In this document: piece by piece, positions 52,801-64,000 of the stretch
Layout of the letters: the number at the start of each line of letters is the position of its first letter
How positions within the stretch are numbered: the stretch's first letter is position 1
Source of the DNA: the human T2T-CHM13v2.0 reference genome, Homo sapiens
Length of the DNA: 64,000 nucleotides
Reading direction: 5' to 3' (one strand)
NCBI RefSeq assembly: GCF_009914755.1
Contig: NC_060932.1
Translations under genes and position numbers: made by a program
The notes under the pieces: generated by a model
Database searches by the model: none
What the model saw: only the letters and a program-made list of their open reading frames with translations
Told to the model about the DNA's origin: nothing

Positions 52801-55800
52801 TGGAAACGGGATGCAATATAAAACGTACACAGCAGCATACTCAGAAAATACTTTGCCATATTTCCATTCAAGTCACAGAGTGGAACATTCCCATTCATAG
52901 AGCAGGTTGGAAACACTCTTTTTGGAGTATCTGGAAGTGGACATTTGGAGCGCTTTCTGAACTATGGTGAAAAAGGAAATATCTTCCAATGAAAACAACA
53001 CAGAAGCATTCTGAGAAACTTATTTGTGATGTGTGTCCTCAACAAACGGACTTGAACCTTTCGTTTCATGCAGTACTTCTGGAACACTCTTTTTGAAGAT
53101 TCTGCATGCGGATATTTGGATAGCTTTGAGGATTTCGTTGGAAACGGGCTTACATGTAAAAATTAGACAGCAGCATTCTCAGAAACTTCTTTGTGGTGTC
53201 TGCATTCAAGTCACAGAATTGAACTTCCCCTCACATAGAGCAGTTGTGCAGCACTCTATTTGTAGTATCTGGAAGTGGACATTTGGAGGGCTTTGTAGCC
53301 TATCTGGAAAAAGGAAATATCTTCCCATGAATGCGAGATAGAAGTAATCTCAGAAACATGTTTATGCTGTATCTACTCAACTAACTGTGCTGAACATTTC
53401 TATTGATAGAGCAGTTTTGAGACACTCTTCTTTTGGAATCTGCAAGTGGATATTTGGATAGATTTGAGGATTTCGTTGGAAACGGGATTATATATAAAAA
53501 GTAGACAGCAGCATTCTCAGAAACTTCTTTGTGATGTTTGCATCCAGCTCTCAGAGTTGAACATTCCCTTTCATAGAGTAGGTTTGAAACCCTCTTTTTA
53601 TAGTGTCTGGAAGCGGGCATTTGGAGCGCTTTCAGGCCTATGCTGAAAAAGGAAATATCTACCTATAGAAACTAGACAGAAGCATTCTGAGAATCACGTT
53701 TGTGATGTGGGTACTCAACTAACAGTGTTGATCCATTCTTTTGATACAGCAGTTTTGAACCACACTTTTTGTAGAATCTGCAAGTGGATATTTGGATAGC
53801 TGTGAGGATTTCGTTGGAAACGGGAATGTCTTCATAGAAAATTTAGACAGAAGCATTCTCAGAACCTTGATTGTGATGTGTGTTCTCCACTAACAGAGTT
53901 GAACCTTTCTTTTGACAGAACTGTTCTGAAACATTCTTTTTATAGAATCTGGAAGTGGATATTTGGAAAGCTTTGAGGATTTCGTTGGAAACGGGAATAT
54001 CTTCAAATCAAATCTAGCCAGAAGCATTCTAAGAAATATCTTAGGGATGTTTACATTCAAGTCACAGAGTTGAACATTCCCTTTCACAGAGCAGGTTTGA
54101 AACAATCTTCTCGTACTATCTGGCAGTGGACATTTTGAGCTCCTTGGGGCCTATGCTGAAAAAGGAAATATCTTCCGACAAAAACTAGACAGAAGCATTC
54201 GCAGAATCACGTTTGTGATGTGTGCACTCAACTGTCAGAATTGAACCTTGGTTTGGACAGAGCACTTTTGAAACACTCTTTTTGTAGAATCTGCAGGTGG
54301 ATATTTGGCTAGCTTTGAGGATTTCGTTGGAAACGGTAATGTCTTCAAAGAAAATCTAGACAGAAGCATTCTCAGAAACACCTTCGTGATGTTTGCAATC
54401 AAGTCACAGAGTTGAACCTTCCGTTTCATAGAGCAGGTTGGAAACACTCTTTTTGTAGTATCTGGAAGTGGACATTTGGAGGGCTTTGTAGCCTATCTGG
54501 AAAAAGGAAATATCTTCCCATGAATGCGAGATAGAAGTAATCTCAGAAACATGTTTATGCTGTATCTACTCAACTAACTGTGCTGAACATTTCTATTGAT
54601 AGAGCAGTTTTGAGACACTCTTCTTTTGGAATCTGCAAGTGGATATTTGGATAGATTTGAGGATTTCGTTGGAAACGGGATTATATATCAAAAGTAGACA
54701 GCAGCATTCTCAGAAACTTCTTTGTGATGTTTGCATCCAGCTCTCAGAGTTGGACATTCCCTTTCATAGAGTAGGTTTGAAACCCTCTTTTTATAGTGTC
54801 TGGAAGCGGGCATTTGGAGCGCTTTCAGGCCTATGCTTAAAATAGGAAATATCTACCTACAGAAACTAGACAGAAGCATTCTGAGAATCACGTTTGTGAT
54901 GTGGGTACTCAACTAACAGTGTTGATCCATTCTTTTGATACAGCAGTTTTGAACCACACTTTTTGTAGAATCTGCAAGAGGATATTTGGATAGCTGTGAG
55001 GATTTCGTTGGAAACGGGAATGTCTTCAAAGAAAATCTAGACAGAAGCATTCTCAGAAACACCTTCGTGATGTTTGCAATCAAGTCACAGAGTTGAACCT
55101 TCCGTTTCATAGAGCAGGTTGGAAACACTCTTATTGTAGTATCTGGAAGTGGACATTTGGAGCGCTTTCAGGCCTATGGTGAAAAAGGAAATATCTTCCC
55201 ATAAAAACGACATAGAAGCTATCTCAGGAACTTGTTTATGATGCATCTAATCAACTAACAGTGTTGAACCTTTGTACTGACAGAGCAGTTTGAAACACTC
55301 TTTTTTTGGAATCTGCAAGTGGATATTTGGATCGCTTTGAGGATTTCGTTGGAAACGGGATGCAATATAAAACGTACACAGCAGCATACTCAGAAAATAC
55401 TTTGCCATATTTCCATTCAAGTCACAGAGTGGAACATTCCCATTCATAGAGCAGGTTTGAAACACTCTTTTTGGAGTATCTGGAAGTGGACATTTGGAGC
55501 GCTTTCTGAACTATGGTGAAAAAGGAAATATCTTCCAATGAAAACAACACAGAAGCATTCTGAGAAACTTATTTGTGATGTGTGTCCTCAACAAACGGAC
55601 TTGAACCTTTCGTTTCATGCAGTACTTCTGGAACACTCTTTTTGAAGATTCTGCATGCGGATATTTGGATAGCTTTGAGGATTTCGTTGGAAACGGTCTT
55701 ACATGTAAAAATTAGACAGCAGCATTCTCAGAAACTTCTTTGTGGTGTCTGCATTCAAGTCACAGAATTGAACTTCCCCTCACATAGAGCAGTTGTGCAG

Positions 55801-58800
55801 CACTCTATTTGTAGTATCTGGAAGTGGACATTTGGAGGGCTTTGTAGCCTATCTGGAAAAAGGAAATATCTTCCCATGAATGCGAGATAGAAGTAATCTC
55901 AGAAACATGTTTATGCTGTATCTAATCAACTAACTGTGCTGAACATTTCTATTGATAGAGCAGTTTTGAGACACTCTTCTTTTGGAATCTGCAAGTGGAT
56001 ATTTGGATAGATTTGAGGATTTCGTTGGAAACGGGATTATATATAAAAAGTAGACAGCAGCATTCTCAGAAACTTCTTTGTGATGTTTGCATCCAGCTCT
56101 CAGAGTTGAACATTCCCTTTCATAGAGTAGGTTTGAAACCCTCTTTTTATAGTGTCTGGAAGCGGGCATTTGGAGCGCTTTCAGGCCTATGCTTAAAATA
56201 GGAAATATCTACCTACAGAAACTAGACAGAAGCATTCTGAGAATCACGTTTGTGATGTGGGTACTCAACTAACAGTGTTGATCCATTCTTTTGATACAGC
56301 AGTTTTGAACCACACTTTTTGTAGAATCTGCAAGTGGATATTTGGATAGCTGTGAGGATTTCGTTGGAAACGGGAATGTCTTCATAGAAAATTTAGACAG
56401 AAGCATTCTCAGAACCTTGATTGTGATGTGTGTTCTCCACTAACAGAGTTGAACCTTTCTTTTGACAGAACTGTTCTGAAACATTCTTTTTATAGAATCT
56501 GGAAGTGGATATTTGGAAAGCTTTGAGGATTTCGTTGGAAACGGGAATATCTTCAAATAAAATCTAGCCAGAAGCATTCTAAGAAACATCTTAGGGATGT
56601 TTACATTCAAGTCACAGAGTTGAACATTCCCTTTCACAGAGCAGGTTTGAAACAATCTTCTCGTACTATCTGGAAGTGGACATTTTGAGCTCCTTGGGGC
56701 CTATGCTGAAAAAGGAAATATCTTCCGACAAAAACTAGACAGAAGCATTCGCAGAATCACGTTTGTGATGTGTGCACTCAACTGTCAGAATTGAACCTTG
56801 GTTTGGACAGAGCACTTTTGAAACACTCTTTTTGTAGAATCTGCAGGTGGATATTTGGCTAGCTTTGAGGATTTCGTTGGAAACGGTAATGTCTTCAAAG
56901 AAAATCTACACAGAAGCATTCTCAGAAACACCTTCGTGATGTTTGCAATCAAGTCACAGAGTTGAACCTTCCGTTTCATAGAGCAGGTTGGAAACACTCT
57001 TTTTGTAGTATCTGGAAGTGGACATTTGGAGGGCTTTGTAGCCTTTCTGGAAAAAGGAAATATCTTCCCATGAATGCGAGATAGAAGTAATCTCAGAAAC
57101 ATGTTTATGCTGTATCTACTCAACTAACTGTGCTGAACATTTCTATTGATAGAGCAGTTTTGAGACACTCTTCTTTTGGAATCTGCAAGTGGATATTTGG
57201 ATAGATTTGAGGATTTCGTTGGAAACGGGATTATATATAAAAAGTTGACAGCAGCATTCTCAGAAACTTCTTTGTGATATTTGCATCCAGCTCTCAGAGT
57301 TGAACATTCCCTTTCATAGAGTAGGTTTGAAACCCTCTTTTTATAGTGTCTGGAAGCGGGCATTTGGAGCGCTTTCAGGCCTATGCTTAAAATAGGAAAT
57401 ATCTACCTACAGAAACTAGACAGAAGCATTCTGAGAATCACGTTTGTGATGTGGGTACTCAACTAACAGTGTTGATCCATTCTTTTGATACAGCAGTTTT
57501 GAACCACACTTTTTGTAGAATCTGCAAGAGGATATTTGGATAGCTGTGAGGATTTCGTTGGAAACGGGAATGTCTTCAAAGAAAATCTAGACAGAAGCAT
57601 TCTCAGAAACACCTTCGTGATGTTTGCAATCAAGTCACAGAGTTGAACCTTCCGTTTCATAGAGCAGGTTGGAAACACTCTTATTGTAGTATCTGGAAGT
57701 GGACATTTGGAGCGCTTTCAGGCCTATGGTGAAAAAGGAAATATCTTCCCATAAAAACGACATAGAAGCTATCTCAGGAACTTGTTTATGATGCATCTAA
57801 TCAACTAACAGTGTTGAACCTTTGTACTGACAGAGCAGTTTGAAACACTCTTTTTTTGGAATCTGCAAGTGGATATTTGGATCGCTTTGAGGATTTCGTT
57901 GGAAACGGGATGCAATATAAAACGTACACAGCAGCATACTCAGAAAATACTTTGCCATATTTCCATTCAAGTCACAGAGTGGAACATTCCCATTCATAGA
58001 GCAGGTTTGAAACACTCTTTTTGGAGTATCTGGAAGTGGACATTTGGAGCGCTTTCTGAACTATGGTGAAAAAGGAAATATCTTCCAATGAAAACAAGAC
58101 AGAAGCATTCTGAGAAACTTATTTGTGATGTGTGTCCTCAACAAACGGACTTGAACCTTTCGTTTCATGCAGTACTTCTGGAACACTCTTTTTGAAGATT
58201 CTGCATGCGGATATTTGGATAGCTTTGAGGATTTCGTTGGAAACGGGCTTACATGTAAAAATTAGACAGCAGCATTCTCAGAAACTTCTTTGTGGTGTCT
58301 GCATTCAAGTCACAGAATTGAACTTCCCCTCACATAGAGCAGTTGTGCAGCACTCTATTTGTAGTATCTGGAAGTGGACATTTGGAGGGCTTTGTAGCCT
58401 ATCTGGAAAAAGGAAATATCTTCCCATGAATGCGAGATAGAAGTAATCTCAGAAACATGTTTATGCTGTATCTACTCAACTAACTGTGCTGAACATTTCT
58501 ATTGATAGAGCAGTTTTGAGACACTCTTCTTTTGGAATCTGCAAGTGGATATTTGGATAGATTTGAGGATTTCGTTGGAAACGGGATTATATATAAAAAG
58601 TAGACAGCAGCATTCTCAGAAACTTCTTTGTGATGTTTGCATCCAGCTCTCAGAGTTGAACATTCCCTTTCATAGAGTAGGTTTGAAACCCTCTTTTTAT
58701 AGTGTCTGGAAGCGGGCATTTGGAGCGCTTTCAGGCCTATGCTTAAAATAGGAAATATCTACCTACAGAAACTAGACAGAAGCATTCTGAGAATCACGTT

Positions 58801-61800
58801 TGTGATGTGGGTACTCAACTAACAGTGTTGATCCATTCTTTTGATACAGCAGTTTTGAACCACACTTTTTGTAGAATCTGCAAGAGGATATTTGGATAGC
58901 TGTGAGGATTTCGTTGGAAACGGGAATGTCTTCAAAGAAAATCTAGACAGAAGCATTCTCAGAAACACCTTCGTGATGTTTGCAATCAAGTCACAGAGTT
59001 GAACCTTCCGTTTCATAGAGCAGGTTGGAAACACTCTTATTGTAGTATCTGGAAGTGGACATTTGGAGCGCTTTCAGGCCTATGGTGAAAAAGGAAATAT
59101 CTTCCCATAAAAACGACATAGAAGCTATCTCAGGAACTTGTTTATGATGCATCTAATCAACTAACAGTGTTGAACCTTTGTACTGACAGAGCAGTTTGAA
59201 ACACTCTTTTTTTGGAATCTGCAAGTGGATATTTGGATCGCTTTGAGGATTTCGTTGGAAACGGGATGCAATATAAAACGTACACAGCAGCATACTCAGA
59301 AAATACTTTGCCATATTTCCATTCAAGTCACAGAGTGGAACATTCCCATTCATAGAGCAGGTTGGAAACACTCTTTTTGGAGTATCTGGAAGTGGACATT
59401 TGGAGCGCTTTCTGAACTATGGTGAAAAAGGAAATATCTTCCAATGAAAACAAGACAGAAGCATTCTGAGAAACTTATTTGTGATGTGTGTCCTCAACAA
59501 ACGGACTTGAACCTTTCGTTTCATGCAGTACTTCTGGAACACTCTTTTTGAAGATTCTGCATGCGGATATTTGGATAGCTTTGAGGATTTCGTTGGAAAC
59601 GGGCTTACATGTAAAAATTAGACAGCAGCATTCTCAGAAACTTCTTTGTGGTGTCTGCATTCAAGTCACAGAATTGAACTTCCCCTCACATAGAGCAGTT
59701 GTGCAGCACTCTATTTGTAGTATCTGGAAGTGGACATTTGGAGGGCTTTGTAGCCTATCTGGAAAAAGGAAATATCTTCCCATGAATGCGAGATAGAAGT
59801 AATCTCAGAAACATGTTTATGCTGTATCTACTCAACTAACTGTGCTGAACATTTCTATTGATAGAGCAGTTTTGAGACACTCTTCTTTTGGAATCTGCAA
59901 GTGGATATTTGGATAGATTTGAGGATTTCGTTGGAAACGGGATTATATATAAAAAGTAGACAGCAGCATTCTCAGAAACTTCTTTGTGATGTTTGCATCC
60001 AGCTCTCAGAGTTGAACATTCCCTTTCATAGAGTAGGTTTGAAACCCTCTTTTTATAGTGTCTGGAAGCGGGCATTTGGAGCGCTTTCAGGCCTATGCTG
60101 AAAAAGGAAATATCTACCTATAGAAACTAGACAGAAGCATTCTGAGAATCACGTTTGTGATGTGGGTACTCAACTAACAGTGTTGATCCATTCTTTTGAT
60201 ACAGCAGTTTTGAACCACACTTTTTGTAGAATCTGCAAGTGGATATTTGGATAGCTGTGAGGATTTCGTTGGAAACGGGAATGTCTTCATAGAAAATTTA
60301 GACAGAAGCATTCTCAGAACCTTGATTGTGATGTGTGTTCTCCACTAACAGAGTTGAACCTTTCTTTTGACAGAACTGTTCTGAAACATTCTTTTTATAG
60401 AATCTGGAAGTGGATATTTGGAAAGCTTTGAGGATTTCGTTGGAAACGGGAATATCTTCAAATCAAATCTAGCCAGAAGCATTCTAAGAAATATCTTAGG
60501 GATGTTTACATTCAAGTCACAGAGTTGAACATTCCCTTTCACAGAGCAGGTTTGAAACAATCTTCTCGTACTATCTGGCAGTGGACATTTTGAGCTCCTT
60601 GGGGCCTATGCTGAAAAAGGAAATATCTTCCGACAAAAACTAGACAGAAGCATTCGCAGAATCACGTTTGTGATGTGTGCACTCAACTCTCAGAATTGAA
60701 CCTTGGTTTGGACAGAGCACTTTTGAAACACTCTTTTTGTAGAATCTGTAGGTGGATATTTGGCTAGCTTTGAGGATTTCGTTGGAAACGGTAATGTCTT
60801 CAAAGAAAATCTAGACAGAAGCATTCTCAGAAACACCTTCGTGATGTTTGCAATCAAGTCACAGAGTTGAACCTTCCGTTTCATAGAGCAGGTTGGAAAC
60901 ACTCTTTTTGTAGTATCTGGAAGTGGACATTTGGAGGGCTTTGTAGCCTATCTGGAAAAAGGAAATATCTTCCCATGAATGCGAGATAGAAGTAATCTCA
61001 GAAACATGTTTATGCTGTATCTACTCAACTAACTGTGCTGAACATTTCTATTGATAGAGCAGTTTTGAGACACTCTTCTTTTGGAATCTGCAAGTGGATA
61101 TTTGGATAGATTTGAGGATTTCGTTGGAAACGGGATTATATATCAAAAGTAGACAGCAGCATTCTCAGAAACTTCTTTGTGATGTTTGCATCCAGCTCTC
61201 AGAGTTGAACATTCCCTTTCATAGAGTAGGTTTGAAACCCTCTTTTTATAGTGTCTGGAAGCGGGCATTTGGAGCGCTTTCAGGCCTATGCTTAAAATAG
61301 GAAATATCTACCTACAGAAACTAGACAGAAGCATTCTGAGAATCACGTTTGTGATGTGGGTACTCAACTAACAGTGTTGATCCATTCTTTTGATACAGCA
61401 GTTTTGAACCACACTTTTTGTAGAATCTGCAAGAGGATATTTGGATAGCTGTGAGGATTTCGTTGGAAACGGGAATGTCTTCAAAGAAAATCTAGACAGA
61501 AGCATTCTCAGAAACACCTTCGTGATGTTTGCAATCAAGTCACAGAGTTGAACCTTCCGTTTCATAGAGCAGGTTGGAAACACTCTTATTGTAGTATCTG
61601 GAAGTGGACATTTGGAGCGCTTTCAGGCCTATGGTGAAAAAGGAAATATCTTCCCATAAAAACGACATAGAAGCTATCTCAGGAACTTTTTTATGATGCA
61701 TCTAATCAACTAACAGTGTTGAACCTTTGTACTGACAGAGCAGTTTGAAACACTCTTTTTTTGGAATCTGCAAGTGGATATTTGGATCGCTTTGAGGATT

Positions 61801-64000
61801 TCGTTGGAAACGGGATGCAATATAAAACGTACACAGCAGCATACTCAGAAAATACTTTGCCATATTTCCATTCAAGTCACAGAGTGGAACATTCCCATTC
61901 ATAGAGCAGGTTGGAAACACTCTTTTTGGAGTATCTGGAAGTGGACATTTGGAGCGCTTTCTGAACTATGGTGAAAAAGGAAATATCTTCCAATGAAAAC
62001 AAGACAGAAGCATTCTGAGAAACTTATTTGTGATGTGTGTCCTCAACAAACGGACTTGAACCTTTCGTTTCATGCAGTACTTCTGGAACACTCTTTTTGA
62101 AGATTCTGCATGCGGATATTTGGATAGCTTTGAGGATTTCGTTGGAAACGGTCTTACATGTAAAAATTAGACAGCAGCATTCTCAGAAACTTCTTTGTGG
62201 TGTCTGCATTCAAGTCACAGAATTGAACTTCCCCTCACATAGAGCAGTTGTGCAGCACTCTATTTGTAGTATCTGGAAGTGGACATTTGGAGGGCTTTGT
62301 AGCCTATCTGGAAAAAGGAAATATCTTCCCATGAATGCGAGATAGAAGTAATCTCAGAAACATGTTTATGCTGTATCTAATCAACTAACTGTGCTGAACA
62401 TTTCTATTGATAGAGCAGTTTTGAGACACTCTTCTTTTGGAATCTGCAAGTGGATATTTGGATAGATTTGAGGATTTCGTTGGAAACGGGATTATATATA
62501 AAAAGTAGACAGCAGCATTCTCAGAAACTTCTTTGTGATGTTTGCATCCAGCTCTCAGAGTTGAACATTCCCTTTCATAGAGTAGGTTTGAAACCCTCTT
62601 TTTATAGTGTCTGGAAGCGGGCATTTGGAGCGCTTTCAGGCCTATGCTTAAAATAGGAAATATCTACCTACAGAAACTAGACAGAAGCATTCTGAGAATC
62701 ACGTTTGTGATGTGGGTACTCAACTAACAGTGTTGATCCATTCTTTTGATACAGCAGTTTTGAACCACACTTTTTGTAGAATCTGCAAGTGGATATTTGG
62801 ATAGCTGTGAGGATTTCGTTGGAAACGGGAATGTCTTCATAGAAAATTTAGACAGAAGCATTCTCAGAACCTTGATTGTGATGTGTGTTCTCCACTAACA
62901 GAGTTGAACCTTTCTTTTGACAGAACTGTTCTGAAACATTCTTTTTATAGAATCTGGAAGTGGATATTTGGAAAGCTTTGAGGATTTCGTTGGAAACGGG
63001 AATATCTTCAAATCAAATCTAGCCAGAAGCATTCTAAGAAACATCTTAGGGATGTTTACATTCAAGTCACAGAGTTGAACATTCCCTTTCACAGAGCAGG
63101 TTTGAAACAATCTTCTCGTACTATCTGGAAGTGGACATTTTGAGCTCCTTGGGGCCTATGCTGAAAAAGGAAATATCTTCCGACAAAAACTAGACAGAAG
63201 CATTCGCAGAATCACGTTTGTGATGTGTGCACTCAACTGTCAGAATTGAACCTTGGTTTGGACAGAGCACTTTTGAAACACTCTTTTTGTAGAATCTGCA
63301 GGTGGATATTTGGCTAGCTTTGAGGATTTCGTTGGAAACGGTAATGTCTTCAAAGAAAATCTACACAGAAGCATTCTCAGAAACACCTTCGTGATGTTTG
63401 CAATCAAGTCACAGAGTTGAACCTTCCGTTTCATAGAGCAGGTTGGAAACACTCTTTTTGTAGTATCTGGAAGTGGACATTTGGAGGGCTTTGTAGCCTT
63501 TCTGGAAAAAGGAAATATCTTCCCATGAATGCGAGATAGAAGTAATCTCAGAAACATGTTTATGCTGTATCTACTCAACTAACTGTGCTGAACATTTCTA
63601 TTGATAGAGCAGTTTTGAGACACTCTTCTTTTGGAATCTGCAAGTGGATATTTGGATAGATTTGAGGATTTCGTTGGAAACGGGATTATATATAAAAAGT
63701 TGACAGCAGCATTCTCAGAAACTTCTTTGTGATGTTTGCATCCAGCTCTCAGAGTTGAACATTCCCTTTCATAGAGTAGGTTTGAAACCCTCTTTTTATA
63801 GTGTCTGGAAGCGGGCATTTGGAGCGCTTTCAGGCCTATGCTTAAAATAGGAAATATCTACCTACAGAAACTAGACAGAAGCATTCTGAGAATCACGTTT
63901 GTGATGTGGGTACTCAACTAACAGTGTTGATCCATTCTTTTGATACAGCAGTTTTGAACCACACTTTTTGTAGAATCTGCAAGAGGATATTTGGATAGCT
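46890..64000 (+). repeat. 6455-bp super-repeat of HORs (7-8-7-8-8; 38 monomers), two full copies and one partial copy
   Basis: Anchors at 46991, 53446 and 59901, and the variant-created 112-aa ORF at 50330, 56785 and 63240, are each exactly 6455 bp apart. Private SNVs recur at the same period. Confidence 0.93.

Larger units (their letters stand above)
1..64000 (+). repeat. Alpha-satellite (alphoid) centromeric HOR array, SF2-type dimeric organisation, mixed 7-mer and 8-mer HORs
   Basis: Tandem ~167-171 bp monomers begin with cattctcagaaac-like motifs and carry alphoid hallmarks (gagttgaac, tctggaagtggacatttgga, ggaaatatcttc). CENP-B boxes occur in roughly every second monomer. Near-identical ORF translations recur at 1356 and ~1193 bp periods across the whole window. 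Confidence 0.99.
1..64000 (+). other. D8Z2: Probable human chromosome 8 centromere live array D8Z2, region of 7-mer/8-mer admixture
   Basis: Seen: 8-mer 1356 bp, 7-mer 1193 bp, 7+8 = 2549-2550 bp, and a reconstructed parent 11-mer of 1868 bp. Recalled knowledge: D8Z2 is an SF2 array with an ~1.87-kb 11-mer plus 4-, 7- and 8-mer variants and a classical ~2.55-kb unit. Not confirmed by alignment. Confidence 0.85.

Noticed and set aside
50330-63578. Longer 112-aa minus-strand ORF in three copies
   Set aside because: It is created by one SNV (gcctAtct to gcctTtct) that removes a stop codon. It is useful as a marker of the 6455-bp repeat but is not evidence of a gene.
321-63700. CRISPR-like pattern: the constant repeat gaggatttcgttggaaacgg at regular spacing
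   Set aside because: The intervening sequences are 150-320 bp, homologous to each other and themselves repeated, not unique 25-45 bp spacers. No cas genes are present. The motif is the CENP-B box.
221-63818. About 200 short ORFs (62-112 aa) on both strands
   Set aside because: They recur at the HOR period, mostly begin at GTG or other non-ATG codons, overlap each other, and appear or vanish with single SNVs and indels. No recognisable protein domain is present. They are chance open frames in satellite DNA.
1-64000. Inserted L1/Alu elements, inversions or unique sequence islands
   Set aside because: All 49 anchor intervals are accounted for by 1356, 1194, 1193, 1191 or 1189 bp units (sum 63,010 bp). 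All boxes read on the + strand, and no poly-A tails or foreign sequence were seen.
1-64000. Assignment to other SF2 arrays (chr13/21 11-mer, chr14/22 8-mer, chr9)
   Set aside because: The joint presence of 7- and 8-mers derived from one 1868-bp 11-mer and summing to ~2.55 kb fits D8Z2 best from recalled sizes. The alternatives are disfavoured but not formally excluded without alignment.
1-64000. The 7/8 order as an information-bearing code
   Set aside because: The order is adequately explained by nested tandem duplications and unequal exchange, as traced by shared SNVs. Nothing in the sequence supports a read-out mechanism.

Overview
The whole 64 kb is one uninterrupted, single-orientation array of ~171-bp primate alpha-satellite (centromeric) DNA. 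It is organised as highly homogeneous higher-order repeats (HORs). I see no protein-coding genes, RNA genes, CRISPR arrays, transposon insertions or inversions, and the short ORFs in the track are by-products of the repeat. Using the recurring 'taatctcagaaacatg' monomer start as the unit boundary, there are 49 complete HORs between 533 and 63542: 28 8-mers (1356 bp) and 21 7-mers (9x1193, 7x1194, 4x1189 and 1x1191 bp). Their order is 8,8,8,7,8,7,7,7,7,8,8,8,7,8,7,8,7,8,7,7,8,7,8,7,8,7,8,8,7,8,7,8,8,8,8,8,7,8,7,8,8,7,8,7,8,8,7,8,7, flanked by partial units. Aligning the monomers shows that the two HORs are complementary deletion derivatives of an 11-monomer unit. That unit reconstructs to 1868 bp and is itself absent from the window. 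This 11/8/7-mer system, with alternating CENP-B-box and pJalpha monomers (SF2 type), best fits the human chromosome 8 D8Z2 live array; the assignment is from recalled HOR sizes, not a database search. I found no evidence of a new gene-based system. The most interesting unexplained structure is above the HOR level: an exact 6455-bp, 38-monomer super-repeat (7-8-7-8-8) at the 3' end, a recombinant 1194-bp 7-mer lineage, long-range shared SNV haplotypes, and patterned loss of CENP-B boxes.
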